Shown here one piece after another: positions 17,799-28,005 of a stretch of 64,000 nucleotides of DNA. Both the position numbers and the translations under genes were made by a program. This DNA is from an uncultured virus (IMG/VR IMGVR_UViG_3300021247_000307) (taxonomy: Duplodnaviria > Heunggongvirae > Uroviricota > Caudoviricetes): IMG/VR virus record IMGVR_UViG_3300021247_000307. One strand, 5' to 3'. A model generated the notes under the pieces. That model did no database searches, was not told where the DNA came from, and saw only the letters and a list, made by a program, of their open reading frames with translations. Within the stretch, counting starts at the first letter, position 1, and every line of letters begins with the position of its first letter.

Positions 17799-18684
17799 AC
17801 GTTTTATAGAAATCAGATATATCTTTTGGATATCCTTCAGGAATAGATATACCTATAAAGTGATTGTTAGAAGATAATCTTTTACAAGCATTAAGACCTG
17901 TAGTATCATTATCCATCAACACATAGACTTTATTGTATTTCATGAATGGTAATAAATCAGGATTGGAAGTCTCTGAATGTATGAATCTACCACTATAACC
18001 TAAGTTATCGAGTACCATATAATCTTTTGCTGATTTAGTAATGATAACAGTATCTGTAATCTTGTTTGTACCACCGATAGTGTTCTCGGTAAAGTTGCTT
18101 AGGAATTTAAACTGACTATTAGGTTTGTATATCTTAATCTTACTATTTACAACAATAGCTGTAGTTTCATCATAAACTTTTACTTTCTGTAAGAAATCTG
18201 GACATGAATGAGTATTAAATGAATAAGAACTTACAGCATAACAGTTTTCTAATTCTAGTTGTGATTTAGATATGCCATACTCCGACCAATAGTCTTTATG
18301 ACGTTGATTCCATGAACCTTTAGTAAATGATAGTTGAAACTTAAAGTCTTTATTTACCTTATTAGATAATGATAACTTTTGGTTTGTATAACTAAAATCT
18401 TGTTTGATTATTTCTAATGCTCTAGTATAATCGCAATGATATTTAATCATTACAGCAGTTACACATGTTATACCATGAAATCTATCATCAGCAAAATCAG
18501 CTAGTAATATAACATTATCATGTTCATATAACCAACAACCAGGTTTAGTATCATGTCTTAGTGTATTAACCATTTTAGTATTAAGTTTAACAGTTACACC
18601 TAATAGTGACTGCCATACTTTCATTTGGTCTATTTTGCTGTAAACATCATAACTTTCAGATGCTACAATACCATTGAGTTTCAT
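17719..18684 (-). CDS. DNA primase (TOPRIM)
   Basis: LRHDTKPGC, IITKSAKDYMVL, SET, MDNDTTG, KDISDF. Confidence 0.85.
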   Translation of the reverse strand: MKLNGIVASESYDVYSKIDQMKVWQSLLGVTVKLNTKMVNTLRHDTKPGCWLYEHDNVILLADFADDRFHGITCVTAVMIKYHCDYTRALEIIKQDFSYTNQKLSLSNKVNKDFKFQLSFTKGSWNQRHKDYWSEYGISKSQLELENCYAVSSYSFNTHSCPDFLQKVKVYDETTAIVVNSKIKIYKPNSQFKFLSNFTENTIGGTNKITDTVIITKSAKDYMVLDNLGYSGRFIHSETSNPDLLPFMKYNKVYVLMDNDTTGLNACKRLSSNNHFIGISIPEGYPKDISDFYKTYGHTETRHLIRQLIPKSSSQFLLSTI

Positions 18685-18697
18685 AATTGGAATTTAT

Positions 18698-18729
18698 AAA
18701 AGAAAGCGTCACACAATGTAACGCTTTCT
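18698..18729 (-). terminator. intrinsic terminator
   Basis: AGAAAGCGT/ACGCTTTCT stem followed by a T run on the minus strand. Confidence 0.6.
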
Positions 18730-18740
18730 AGTGAATAAGT

Positions 18741-19493
18741 TTACCAATCAGGTGCGTCAGTTGTTTCTGTTGATTGCAACGGAGTGTATTCTTGGTATTT
18801 AACGCTAAAGAAACTGTTAGTAATCTTGTTACCAGCTTTTTCAGCATTCTCTACTTGACGTTGGAATGCAGTAATAGCTTTCTGTGGAACAATAAGATTA
18901 CCATTGTTTACTTCCGAGCGATAGATATATCTGAATAGTGAACTCTGTGCTAGAGTACCATCAGCTTTTTCTCTAACTACTAGAGGTAATACAATATGAC
19001 AGTTATTAGCATTAACATGGTCAATCAATGATGTAAAATCAGATTTACCTTTTAATACTGAATCAAAGTCTAGCTTATTAGCTTTCATATCTTTCAAGAA
19101 AGTCTCTTGATTAGACTGATAAGACAATAGCTGACGTAAGAACTCATACCAATCAATCTCACCAATTCTAGCTTTAACTGGTTCATTCTCTTTAGTAAAG
19201 AATGACCAATCTCTACCATTGGAGTTCTTGATTTCAAACATACTGGATTCATCTTTGATATAGAATGAACGCCAATCTCCTTTAGTTGACATATAAAGAT
19301 GACTTCCAGTACTTGATACTACAACTTCATCTTTAACTGTTACACCAACTAGAAAATCACCATCTTGAAACTTGAATGGAATCCATAGAGATTCACCATT
19401 ATCAGACAGTTTTACAGAGGTAGGTTTGCATAGTGCTAAACCTGTAAATAGGGACTTCTCTTCCACTCCCATGTTACCTTCAAAATTCATCAT
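18741..19493 (-). CDS. putative single-stranded DNA-binding / replication protein
   Basis: Position between ATPase and primase; acidic tail ending DAPDW. Confidence 0.5.
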   Translation of the reverse strand: MMNFEGNMGVEEKSLFTGLALCKPTSVKLSDNGESLWIPFKFQDGDFLVGVTVKDEVVVSSTGSHLYMSTKGDWRSFYIKDESSMFEIKNSNGRDWSFFTKENEPVKARIGEIDWYEFLRQLLSYQSNQETFLKDMKANKLDFDSVLKGKSDFTSLIDHVNANNCHIVLPLVVREKADGTLAQSSLFRYIYRSEVNNGNLIVPQKAITAFQRQVENAEKAGNKITNSFFSVKYQEYTPLQSTETTDAPDW

Positions 19494-20010
19494 AAGCTTC
19501 TACATTATTAGCTGGTTCAAAAATAGGTTCTTCTATAACTACATTAGTTGGAATACTTGTTAGAGTTTCTAGTTCTGTCTCTATTGCTGGAGTATAATCT
19601 TGTTGTAATACTTCCATTCTAAAGATACCTTCTGCTTCATTCTCTACTACTAACTTATACTCATTATCTTTTAATGCTGCATGAATAGCTTTAGAAGATA
19701 CTTTACCATTCATTCCTAAACGATAAACCATCTTTCTAGTTTCAAATGCTTGAGCTAGTTCAGGATTTACTTCCTTAACTTTGTCAAATGCAGCAATAAG
19801 AAATGTACCATTGTTGTTAATAATAACTACTTGAGTAGGTATTTCAACACCAAGTAACTCTTGTGCTTTAGTGTTAAAATGAATAGATGCAGAACGTTGT
19901 CCTTCACCAATAGCTAATTTAGTAATAACTGGAGTATCAGCATACTTCTCTTTAGATACAGTTTTTACTCTAGTTTTTCCTTCTAATGTGAAATTAGAAA
20001 ATGTAATCAT
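19480..20010 (-). CDS. hypothetical protein with acidic tail
   Basis: 176-aa ORF in the replication module. Confidence 0.65.
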   Translation of the reverse strand: MITFSNFTLEGKTRVKTVSKEKYADTPVITKLAIGEGQRSASIHFNTKAQELLGVEIPTQVVIINNNGTFLIAAFDKVKEVNPELAQAFETRKMVYRLGMNGKVSSKAIHAALKDNEYKLVVENEAEGIFRMEVLQQDYTPAIETELETLTSIPTNVVIEEPIFEPANNVEAYDEF

Positions 20011-20012
20011 AC

Positions 20013-20774
20013 TTATTTAATTTTAATGTCTGAATAAATTTTATCCCAATGGAAACTTTTGTTATCAGAAATCATAACATTCTGATTTGATAGTCTAGCT
20101 AATCTACAACCAGCAATAACATCTTGTTTAGCTTCAAAACTAATATAGCATTCTTCTTTATCACGATAAACAAATCCAATACCATCTACAACAGATGACC
20201 ATATAGATTTAACTTTACCAGTAAGATTAATATCAGCTACATCAACTATGTCTTGCAACTTAGATTCTACTCTTTTATCTTTAACATGAGCTACAAGTAT
20301 TACTCTTTCTGCTATCTTCTGAAACTTTCTAAACCATTCCATCATTACTTCTCTCGAGTATTGATAACCAGCACCATTAGCTAAGTTATATACACTAGTA
20401 AATCCATCATCACCATATAGTATAGGATTACCTTTACCATCACGATTAAATGATTTACCTTGTACACTTTTCATGTACACATAAGTGCCTACAATCTCAG
20501 ACCATATATCTAGCTGTGTTACAGTATCGATAATAAGGTATTTAAGTTTAGCATCAGCCAATTCATCCAATAATTTATTGAACTCTTTGTAATCATCTAC
20601 TTGTTTTACTCTAGCTTTTAAGAAATGATAACCTTTTGGGTCAGTACTAATGACTAACGAATTAGGTTCTTTAATAGTCAAATCAGCGAGTATAGTAGAT
20701 TTACCAGTTTTTGGTAATCCATACAGTAACAAACTGGTTAGTTGTTCATCTGTTGGTTCTACAATGTCAAACAT
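20013..20774 (-). CDS. AAA_24 / Sak4-like ATPase
   Basis: Walker A YGLPKTGKST, Walker B LIIDTVT, GAGY, LVAH. Confidence 0.85.
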   Translation of the reverse strand: MFDIVEPTDEQLTSLLLYGLPKTGKSTILADLTIKEPNSLVISTDPKGYHFLKARVKQVDDYKEFNKLLDELADAKLKYLIIDTVTQLDIWSEIVGTYVYMKSVQGKSFNRDGKGNPILYGDDGFTSVYNLANGAGYQYSREVMMEWFRKFQKIAERVILVAHVKDKRVESKLQDIVDVADINLTGKVKSIWSSVVDGIGFVYRDKEECYISFEAKQDVIAGCRLARLSNQNVMISDNKSFHWDKIYSDIKIK

Positions 20775-21864
20775 TGGTTACTTGTTTTAAAAGTTTTTCA
20801 TTACTATCCATGTCATCTTTGTCCAAATGTGCAAAGTAATTACGACTACCATCGAATAGTACAGCCATTTCTAAATCATCAAGAACACCTTCTCGACTTT
20901 TAAGTAGTATGAGTGTACGTAAATTATTCTTCCATAACTTTAAGTCATATCCTAAATACATTGCTGCTGGAATATGGTCTCTCCATTTAAACGGATAGAA
21001 TAATCCTAAGATAATCGTAGCATCTTGTGAGGTTGTTTTAATCTTGTTTAATCCATCTATACTTGGTTTTAGTTTGTCAATAATTGTTTTACCTTTGATG
21101 TTAACTTCAAGTGCCTCTTTTGAAGGTACTTGTTGCTGCACAAAGAATGATACAACACCACATTTAAGACCTAATCGTTGTCTAGTGTACTGCGCACTAA
21201 AATGTTCTAGTGTTTCATACCACGATTTACCAGATTCATTCAAGTAATTACCAATATGGTCTGAGAAAGTAATAACCCATTGATTAGGGTCATTAGCTCT
21301 ATACTCATCCCACATTTCACCTTGATTTGCTGGAACTCCATTAAAGTAATATGTACCATTCTTCACTAAGAAATCTCTTACTAACTTATAGAATCCAGTA
21401 GGATGAGGTATTTGTACTACTTCAAAATATGGTTCTATAGTGTTTGTAAAATAATCAGCAGCTTCGATGATGTAGGGGTGATATTCTGTAGGAAACTGTT
21501 TATCCCAGTAACCCATTATTTCGTAGTATGATAGTCTGATGTTATGTTTCTCTCTCAAGTAATTGATAACAAACATAGCTTTAAACTTTTCTACAGGTTC
21601 TTCTAAGCTATTGTAGAAGATTTTAATCTTAATATTAGGAATAGTTTGTGATAACGATAACAGATAAGATGCAATAAAGAATCCTAATCTTGATTTACCA
21701 GCACCAGTACCACCTGTAATTAAGACTTGGTCTCCACGAATAAATCCTGGAAGAAATGATTTTAATCTAGGAAATATGGGATATAGTGGTAGAAAGTTTA
21801 CTCCACCATCACCAATAAACTTTTGATTTCGGATTATCTTATCCGCTAGTTGTTTAAATAACAT
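20767..21864 (-). CDS. DnaB-like (SF4) replicative helicase
   Basis: GGTGAGKS, NSLEE, SDH, VQQ, QDATIILGL, LKSREG, FDG. Confidence 0.82.
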   Translation of the reverse strand: MLFKQLADKIIRNQKFIGDGGVNFLPLYPIFPRLKSFLPGFIRGDQVLITGGTGAGKSRLGFFIASYLLSLSQTIPNIKIKIFYNSLEEPVEKFKAMFVINYLREKHNIRLSYYEIMGYWDKQFPTEYHPYIIEAADYFTNTIEPYFEVVQIPHPTGFYKLVRDFLVKNGTYYFNGVPANQGEMWDEYRANDPNQWVITFSDHIGNYLNESGKSWYETLEHFSAQYTRQRLGLKCGVVSFFVQQQVPSKEALEVNIKGKTIIDKLKPSIDGLNKIKTTSQDATIILGLFYPFKWRDHIPAAMYLGYDLKLWKNNLRTLILLKSREGVLDDLEMAVLFDGSRNYFAHLDKDDMDSNEKLLKQVTNV

Positions 21865-22405
21865 TATCGTATTCTTCTTTAGAGGTTGTACTATCTTCTA
21901 ACATAGTCAATAGCATAGATTTACCAGTATTATCATAGATAAAATTATCACAATCTTTTAAGAATCTATTCGTAGCCATACACATATCTACATATTTCTT
22001 ACAAGCTGTAATAATCTCTTTATCACTCCATGATACTATTGTACTATCATTAAATAACTCCAATGCACGTCTTACATCATTATTGTTAGAGGATTTACCA
22101 GCTATACCAATATGTTTTGCAGACCAAAATTCTCTGATACTAGCTATTAAGTCTTTATCAGGAACATTATCTTGTATAGTAGTTACATTAAGTTGCCATG
22201 TACCATCTGGAGATAAATATATTAATTTTTTATCAGACCAGAGTTTAAAGATACGTAATATTTCTAATTCATCTGTAACAATAATTTCTTTTTCTGAACT
22301 TATTCCACAGTATTTAAACAGATTAATATTATTCTCTATACAATAGAGTAACAACATCACCAGTTTATCATCAACATCTGCTATGTTAAATTGTTGGTTA
22401 ACCAT
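21854..22405 (-). CDS. hypothetical protein, possible helicase loader/initiator
   Basis: Adjacent to DnaB; ACKKYV..FLK..DNFI motif. Confidence 0.55.
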   Translation of the reverse strand: MVNQQFNIADVDDKLVMLLLYCIENNINLFKYCGISSEKEIIVTDELEILRIFKLWSDKKLIYLSPDGTWQLNVTTIQDNVPDKDLIASIREFWSAKHIGIAGKSSNNNDVRRALELFNDSTIVSWSDKEIITACKKYVDMCMATNRFLKDCDNFIYDNTGKSMLLTMLEDSTTSKEEYDNVI

Positions 22406-23793
22406 TACTTAAAATTTGATGATGATATATATCCTTTAATTCTTAAATCTATTTCATCTATCTGATTAAGATTTTTGTCATAGATTTTATTCATCTTATC
22501 AAACCAGTTTTCTTCGTAAGTATTCATAGTTCTAAAGATAAATACTTTACCTACTTTTCCTTCTTCATATCTAACTATCCTACCAATGTATTGCATTAGA
22601 TGATGATAGCTAGTATAATAAGAAAACATTAGTAAATGGTGAAGATTTGGGATAGTAACCCCTCGTTTAAGTTTCTTAGATGTTCCTAAGATTTGCGGGG
22701 GATCAACTAGGATATCTTCGACACTTCGTTTAACAACTTCGAGATTACCACCCAAATAATCACCTGTTTTCAGTAGTTTTCTACCACTACATAATATTTC
22801 TTTAACTTTATTAGTATCTGTAATAAGTTGTTTTTCACCACCATTAGGAGTTACATAATACTTAATAGTATCTTCAGCTATTTCATCTACAAGACTACGA
22901 ATAGGGTCTAGTTGTACACTACATACCATTCCTCGAGTTGTAGATTCTCTAACTGTATTTAATAACTGTCTAGCTATTACTTTCTTACTACGCAAGTCAT
23001 ACAATAATGATACTAACTGTTTACTCATTGCTTTCTTGAGTATAACAGGATGTCTAGGATTCTTAATCATAGTTGCACGTACATTATAGTATTCTTGTTC
23101 TGTAACTAATCGTGGAGTTTTTTTAAACAGAGGTAGATACTTATTCGTATTATCTAGTCTATGGTCTATTACCCATGTTTCGTATGGTGATAATATATTA
23201 TCAGCTATTCCTTGGTCAATATCATATTCTACAATAATAGGACAGTATATCTCTAGTAATTGTCCCTTGTTAATAAAGTCTGTAATTATTTTATCTCTAG
23301 TAAATTTATCTGCTTGTTTAATCTTATTCATTAAACCTTCAGGAATCCTATTACGATATACAGATAGTACTTCAGGAACTGTAGCTGATAGACCTAACTT
23401 GTAGCAATCTATCTTTAATACTTCTTGATACTTATCACTAATACATTCTTCTACTTCATCATAGATAATGAATTTAGGAGTTCCTTTAGGTTTTGATTGA
23501 TAGCAATGAAACTGAAAATCAACCAACGATAAGATATCGCTTCCTGTAATCTCTTTGAACTTAGGTAGTTCATCAGTCCAGTAAGTATGTTTACGAGCTG
23601 TAGTTTCTGCTAATATCCATACTGTATCTCCTTTGTTGATTTTACCATCCTCTAGTAACAACAAGATAGCTTTTAATGATAGAAAAGATTTACCAAATCC
23701 TGTAGCTACAAGCATTGTACCACAGTAGTTATGTTCTTTCCATATCATTAAAAACTCTTGTTGTAGAGAATTTAGTTTCTCTAATCTATTCAT
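22405..23793 (-). CDS. superfamily 2 helicase
   Basis: ATGFGKS, DEVE, LGLSAT, RGVTIP, QYIGRIVR. Confidence 0.88.
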   Translation of the reverse strand: MNRLEKLNSLQQEFLMIWKEHNYCGTMLVATGFGKSFLSLKAILLLLEDGKINKGDTVWILAETTARKHTYWTDELPKFKEITGSDILSLVDFQFHCYQSKPKGTPKFIIYDEVEECISDKYQEVLKIDCYKLGLSATVPEVLSVYRNRIPEGLMNKIKQADKFTRDKIITDFINKGQLLEIYCPIIVEYDIDQGIADNILSPYETWVIDHRLDNTNKYLPLFKKTPRLVTEQEYYNVRATMIKNPRHPVILKKAMSKQLVSLLYDLRSKKVIARQLLNTVRESTTRGMVCSVQLDPIRSLVDEIAEDTIKYYVTPNGGEKQLITDTNKVKEILCSGRKLLKTGDYLGGNLEVVKRSVEDILVDPPQILGTSKKLKRGVTIPNLHHLLMFSYYTSYHHLMQYIGRIVRYEEGKVGKVFIFRTMNTYEENWFDKMNKIYDKNLNQIDEIDLRIKGYISSSNFK

Positions 23794-24242
23794 CTGATTA
23801 CTTCAAATGAAGGTGAGATATAACTAACATCTTCATCATCAAAACCAACACCATCAATATCTACCATTTGACCATAAGCAAAACAGATTGATACTGGATA
23901 ATTTTCACCTTCTCTAATGATTAGATAATTACCATCTTCGTAAGTTTTACCAACTTGATACACTTCAAATGTTAGTGTAACTGTAACAGTAACTTTCTTT
24001 CTTAGTAATCTAAGTTTCTCAATACCATCATCTATACTACTACTAAGTGTACCTATTTCAGCATATAACCAATCATACGCTTGAGCAATTAATGGCGCAC
24101 TTGTAGAAATATTCTTGTAAGCTAAATTGGTGTTAAAGTCACCATTCTCTCTATACCATGCTAAACATTCATCTTTAAATCCTAACTCTTTAAGACTTAC
24201 AGCTTGTGAGTGAGATACAAAATAATCTTTTAGTTCTTTCAT
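23790..24242 (-). CDS. hypothetical protein
   Basis: FVSHSQAVSLKELGF..APLIAQAYDWL. Confidence 0.65.
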   Translation of the reverse strand: MKELKDYFVSHSQAVSLKELGFKDECLAWYRENGDFNTNLAYKNISTSAPLIAQAYDWLYAEIGTLSSSIDDGIEKLRLLRKKVTVTVTLTFEVYQVGKTYEDGNYLIIREGENYPVSICFAYGQMVDIDGVGFDDEDVSYISPSFEVIR

Positions 24243-24420
24243 TGTTTTTAGTTTTTACCAAATTTACTAATCTTTAACAACTGAGGGTCAATAGTAATAC
24301 CTAATTCCTTCAGTCGCAATACGGCATCATCTACTGTGTCTGTAGTAATAATAATGCGAGTTGTTGTTTGAGCATCTTTCATCTCATACCTAGTTTTCTC
24401 TGTCATTCGTTTTTGTTTGT

Positions 24421-26262
24421 TTAAAATAATGTTAATTCACTACTTACTGATACAGATTGTATTAATTTCTTACACTCATAGATGTAATAACTATAATCAA
24501 TATTATAGTCATCGCTATCATAATAATGATTGAAGATAGTAACTAATCTGTACTTGAATTTATTGCCACTTCTTAATGGTGCATTTACATGAGCTACTTT
24601 ACCATCACTATAATGTTTCATCATTACACTACCATTAGTAGATATAAAGAATCTTACAGTTTTAGATAGTTTTCTATCATGAATATACCTAGACTTAACA
24701 CCTTTCAATTCATACCATGAATTAAATTTAGCTCTTACTCCAATACAGAAATCAAATATATCTGTATGTTTAGTAATAGTTTCTTCTACTGGTATTCCAT
24801 GAATTAAGTATTGACTTACAGCCATAGGTACAATAGATGCTGATGAGTTTTTATGTAATGGTATATTCTTGTATTCAAATGTACCTTTATACTTAACATC
24901 ATCTTTAGTAGTTACTGATATGTAATTGTTAACATCTCTAATAAAGAAAGATTTGTATTCTACATACTCTAACTCTAACTTAGTTAATGCTTCCCACTCT
25001 TTACATATTCTGTAATATTCATCTATTGCACTACGATGCAATTTAACAGTAACACCATCTGTATTAGCTTGAATGATTGTACTAATAGCACTTAATCTTT
25101 CAACTAACATTGCTAACATTAACTGTCCATTAATAGTAACTGTAAATGTAACTTTAGGGTCATACATCCATGAATACTGGTCCATCGTCTTTCCATATGT
25201 AGAATTGGAGGCAAGCTTATATCCATCAACAATAACTTTGTTTTGTTCTTTCTTAGGTTTCTTTTTCTCTAATACTCTAACATTCACAATGTTATCTCGC
25301 AAGATATTAATGAAAGATTCATCAAGATGTTCAGGATATAAAATGTATTCTATCATTATTCTAGGATACATTGATATTACATCACAATCTAAGATAATAT
25401 AATCATCATCAGCTTTGATTGTAGTACTTAATAATGAACCATGTATGCCACCAGCAGCAAATGTATATTTAATACCTTTGAAATTAACACTAAATAATGG
25501 AGTATCACCACCTGGAATTATATAACCTTCTTTGAAGATGTTTAATGCTTCATTAAATTCATTGCATTGGAATGCAATATTAGGAAATATAATTTCTTTA
25601 ATGTCAATTTTATGTCTTGGAGTTCTTAACTTACTAATACTTCTCTTATTACTATCTGTAAACTTACAAAATAACTCTAACAATAACTCTGAACCTATAC
25701 TTGAATCAGATGAGTTCATAAAATCTATACCATAACTAACTGTTAACTCTTTTCGTAACTCTATTTGAGGTTTGCATAGCTGGTACAATTTCTTTGTTGC
25801 TATACAGTCATTTAGATTATAGCTTAATATTGCATTTACATCTGTTGTTACAGGCATATCTTCAATATTAATCATTCTCATTCCAAACTCACACCACTTT
25901 AGACTTGTTCTTCTATTCTTGTTGTTGTAATGATTTACAAGATACAAATCTAAATGTTTAATAAATAGAGTATAATAGTGATTTCTCTCATTCTTAATAT
26001 GGAAATCAGCTCTATGCCATATCTCTCTTGGAGTTTTGCATATACCGAGATATATATCTTGAATGATTTGTCCATCAAATGCTATACAATTATATCCTAT
26101 CAATCCTTGAACTCTAGTGTTTAGGAATGAAAGCATATTCTTAATATAATCATCTTGATTTGAGTGAAAAACTACTGTTTCATCAGTATCTCTATCTAAA
26201 AATGTTGCAGTAAATAAATCTGGAAGAGTTTCTAAATCATAAACATAAACTTTTCTACTCAT
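24421..26262 (-). CDS. polB: family B DNA polymerase with 3'-5' exonuclease
   Basis: ExoI YDLET, ExoII GYN..FD, ExoIII YNLND; polymerase DVISMYP, KLASNSTYG, NTDG. Confidence 0.93.
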   Translation of the reverse strand: MSRKVYVYDLETLPDLFTATFLDRDTDETVVFHSNQDDYIKNMLSFLNTRVQGLIGYNCIAFDGQIIQDIYLGICKTPREIWHRADFHIKNERNHYYTLFIKHLDLYLVNHYNNKNRRTSLKWCEFGMRMINIEDMPVTTDVNAILSYNLNDCIATKKLYQLCKPQIELRKELTVSYGIDFMNSSDSSIGSELLLELFCKFTDSNKRSISKLRTPRHKIDIKEIIFPNIAFQCNEFNEALNIFKEGYIIPGGDTPLFSVNFKGIKYTFAAGGIHGSLLSTTIKADDDYIILDCDVISMYPRIMIEYILYPEHLDESFINILRDNIVNVRVLEKKKPKKEQNKVIVDGYKLASNSTYGKTMDQYSWMYDPKVTFTVTINGQLMLAMLVERLSAISTIIQANTDGVTVKLHRSAIDEYYRICKEWEALTKLELEYVEYKSFFIRDVNNYISVTTKDDVKYKGTFEYKNIPLHKNSSASIVPMAVSQYLIHGIPVEETITKHTDIFDFCIGVRAKFNSWYELKGVKSRYIHDRKLSKTVRFFISTNGSVMMKHYSDGKVAHVNAPLRSGNKFKYRLVTIFNHYYDSDDYNIDYSYYIYECKKLIQSVSVSSELTLF

Positions 26263-26410
26263 CTTTCTTTGGTTTCTGTAATTTACTCTTGAATTTAGGT
26301 TTAGCTTGTATTTCTAAACCAACTCCCTCACATTGTGGACATACTATCACCTTCGTATGTGTAGCTACACTTCCAGTACCATCACAAGCGGTACAAATAA
26401 TCTTTCTCAT
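26255..26410 (-). CDS. small DnaJ-type zinc-finger protein
   Basis: Read by hand: MRKIICTACDGTG..VCPQCEGVG..; overlaps the polB start. Confidence 0.65.
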   Translation of the reverse strand: MRKIICTACDGTGSVATHTKVIVCPQCEGVGLEIQAKPKFKSKLQKPKKDE

Positions 26411-26449
26411 GTTCGTTTTTTTTTTGATGCAATATAGTAATTAATAATG

Positions 26450-26476
26450 AAAGGAGCAACATATTTCAGTTGCTCC
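26450..26476 (-). terminator. terminator-like hairpin
   Basis: GGAGCAAC/GTTGCTCC stem plus TTT. Confidence 0.5.
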
Positions 26477-26503
26477 CTCGTACACCACTAAAAACGCACT
26501 ACA

Positions 26504-26785
26504 TTATTTCTTCCCTCTAATGTGCAATATAATTATTGTCACATCTTCCTGCTGTTTATATTCCTTCTTGTAAGATGATACAGTATTTTTGTCAATTACT
26601 ATACATTTATCTCTTGATTTTCTAGTAACTCTAGCTCGTCTAAGATGATTATAATAATGACTTCTTACTGCTGCAGGAGTTCTATTTAGTATCAAAGCAC
26701 TTTTATCAAGTGCTTCCCATACATTAGGATACTCTTTTACTGTTTGAAGAATTACAGCTTCCTGTTCTAAAGTCCATGCTTTCAT
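26504..26785 (-). CDS. Myb/HTH-like DNA-binding protein
   Basis: WTLEQE..LNRTPAAVRSHYY. Confidence 0.65.
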   Translation of the reverse strand: MKAWTLEQEAVILQTVKEYPNVWEALDKSALILNRTPAAVRSHYYNHLRRARVTRKSRDKCIVIDKNTVSSYKKEYKQQEDVTIIILHIRGKK

Positions 26786-26880
26786 AATAAGTGATTTTGG
26801 TTATTCTTTGTTTTGGTATATAAAAAAGAAAGAGTAAACTTTTACATTTACCCTTTCCCAAACCAAAACCTTATGAATTG

Positions 26881-26923
26881 TAGAGAGTCAAGAATCGAAC
26901 TTGAATTACAACCATTCTCTCTA
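26881..26923 (-). ncRNA. tRNA minihelix-like element B
   Basis: 7-bp acceptor TAGAGAG/CTCTCTA, T-arm TCAAG-TTCGATT-CTTGA, 12-nt linker, no D or anticodon arm. Confidence 0.6.
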
Positions 26924-26930
26924 ATAAATA

Positions 26931-27224
26931 CTACTCGTTACCCATTGCAAGTTGAGAATACTTCTTAACATCATTTACTGTAAGATAATATTCTTTCTCT
27001 TCAGTAGATATGATAAGTGTGTCATTAATAATAGGACTAACAGCAACATGTAGTTGCATTAATCCCATAACTTCTCCATTTCTGTCACTCATTACACTAT
27101 ATTTAGTGTATAAAATGTCATCCATTTTTTGTTCTGCTTCACGATGACTGTTAACTAAGTAGTTTTGTACATTAAACGTTAAACTTGTTAACACAACTAA
27201 TCCAATAATAACTTTTACTAACAT
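26931..27224 (-). CDS. membrane-anchored hypothetical protein
   Basis: N-terminal hydrophobic helix. Confidence 0.6.
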   Translation of the reverse strand: MLVKVIIGLVVLTSLTFNVQNYLVNSHREAEQKMDDILYTKYSVMSDRNGEVMGLMQLHVAVSPIINDTLIISTEEKEYYLTVNDVKKYSQLAMGNE

Positions 27225-27391
27225 TGTTTTTGGTTTTAAAAGTAAATAATAACTAAGAAAGAAATATTATACACATAATAGATTGTGTAATAGAGCAAAT
27301 AATACCATATAGTAATATTTGTCCATAAGTCCAATTTGCTTTTTCATTTAATTTCATGAAATTTTGGTTTTAAAATTAATTAAATAATAGT

Positions 27392-27512
27392 AGTCAAGAT
27401 AGGATTCGAACCTATGACACACTCGCTTGATACCCTACACACCTCATACTTTCGTATGGAACGGACTCGAACCGTCGTCACCAGTTGCTCTAACCCACTG
27501 AGCTACTTGACT
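27392..27512 (-). ncRNA. tRNA-like element C with expanded core and a second T-loop
   Basis: AGTCAAG/CTTGACT acceptor, GCTC-AGTGGGTTA-GAGC D-arm, ATAGG-TTCGAAT-CCTAT T-arm; core holds GACGG-TTCGAGT-CCGTT and a GAAA hairpin. Confidence 0.7.
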
Positions 27513-27591
27513 ATTTAGTGGTACAATACAGACTTTAGAAATATAACCACCATCTATTTCACTCTAGTTTAACGTCTGCCTTTTGTAGGGC

Positions 27592-27723
27592 AACAAGGGC
27601 AGGATTCGAACCTGCATGATGATAAGTAACTTCATCTATCTGGTGCTTTATTCTCCGCTTAACTACCTCGCGGGTTAGATTCACTTACACCATATATGCG
27701 TTTACCAATTCCGCCACCTTGCC
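27592..27723 (-). ncRNA. tRNA-like element D (Leu-type D-arm, about 80-nt core)
   Basis: GGCAAGG-TGGCGGAATTGGTAAACGC...GCAGG-TTCGAAT-CCTGC-CCTTGTT. Confidence 0.7.
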
Positions 27724-27732
27724 AAGTTAATA

Positions 27733-27990
27733 TTAATTAACAGGATATAAAATCAAAGTTCTTGGTTTTGACTTTATTTCCTGCCATTCTTTATCTGACA
27801 TATCAGCTTCATCTGAAGTCCATCCAATTGAATAAACACCCCCTGACCATGTATTATAAGGAATGTAAACAGCATCTGAGTCAACACCTTTAAGTGGACT
27901 ATACTTGTTTCCCTCACTATCTTTTTGTAAAACCACTTCCATTTCATCAGGAAGATTTGCGATTGATTCTTTTAATTGTTTAATATTCAT
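27733..27990 (-). CDS. hypothetical protein between two tRNA-like shells
   Basis: LPDEMEVVLQKDSEGN.YSPL..LILYPVN. Confidence 0.7.
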   Translation of the reverse strand: MNIKQLKESIANLPDEMEVVLQKDSEGNKYSPLKGVDSDAVYIPYNTWSGGVYSIGWTSDEADMSDKEWQEIKSKPRTLILYPVN

Positions 27991-28005
27991 AACTTTATTT
28001 TTAGC

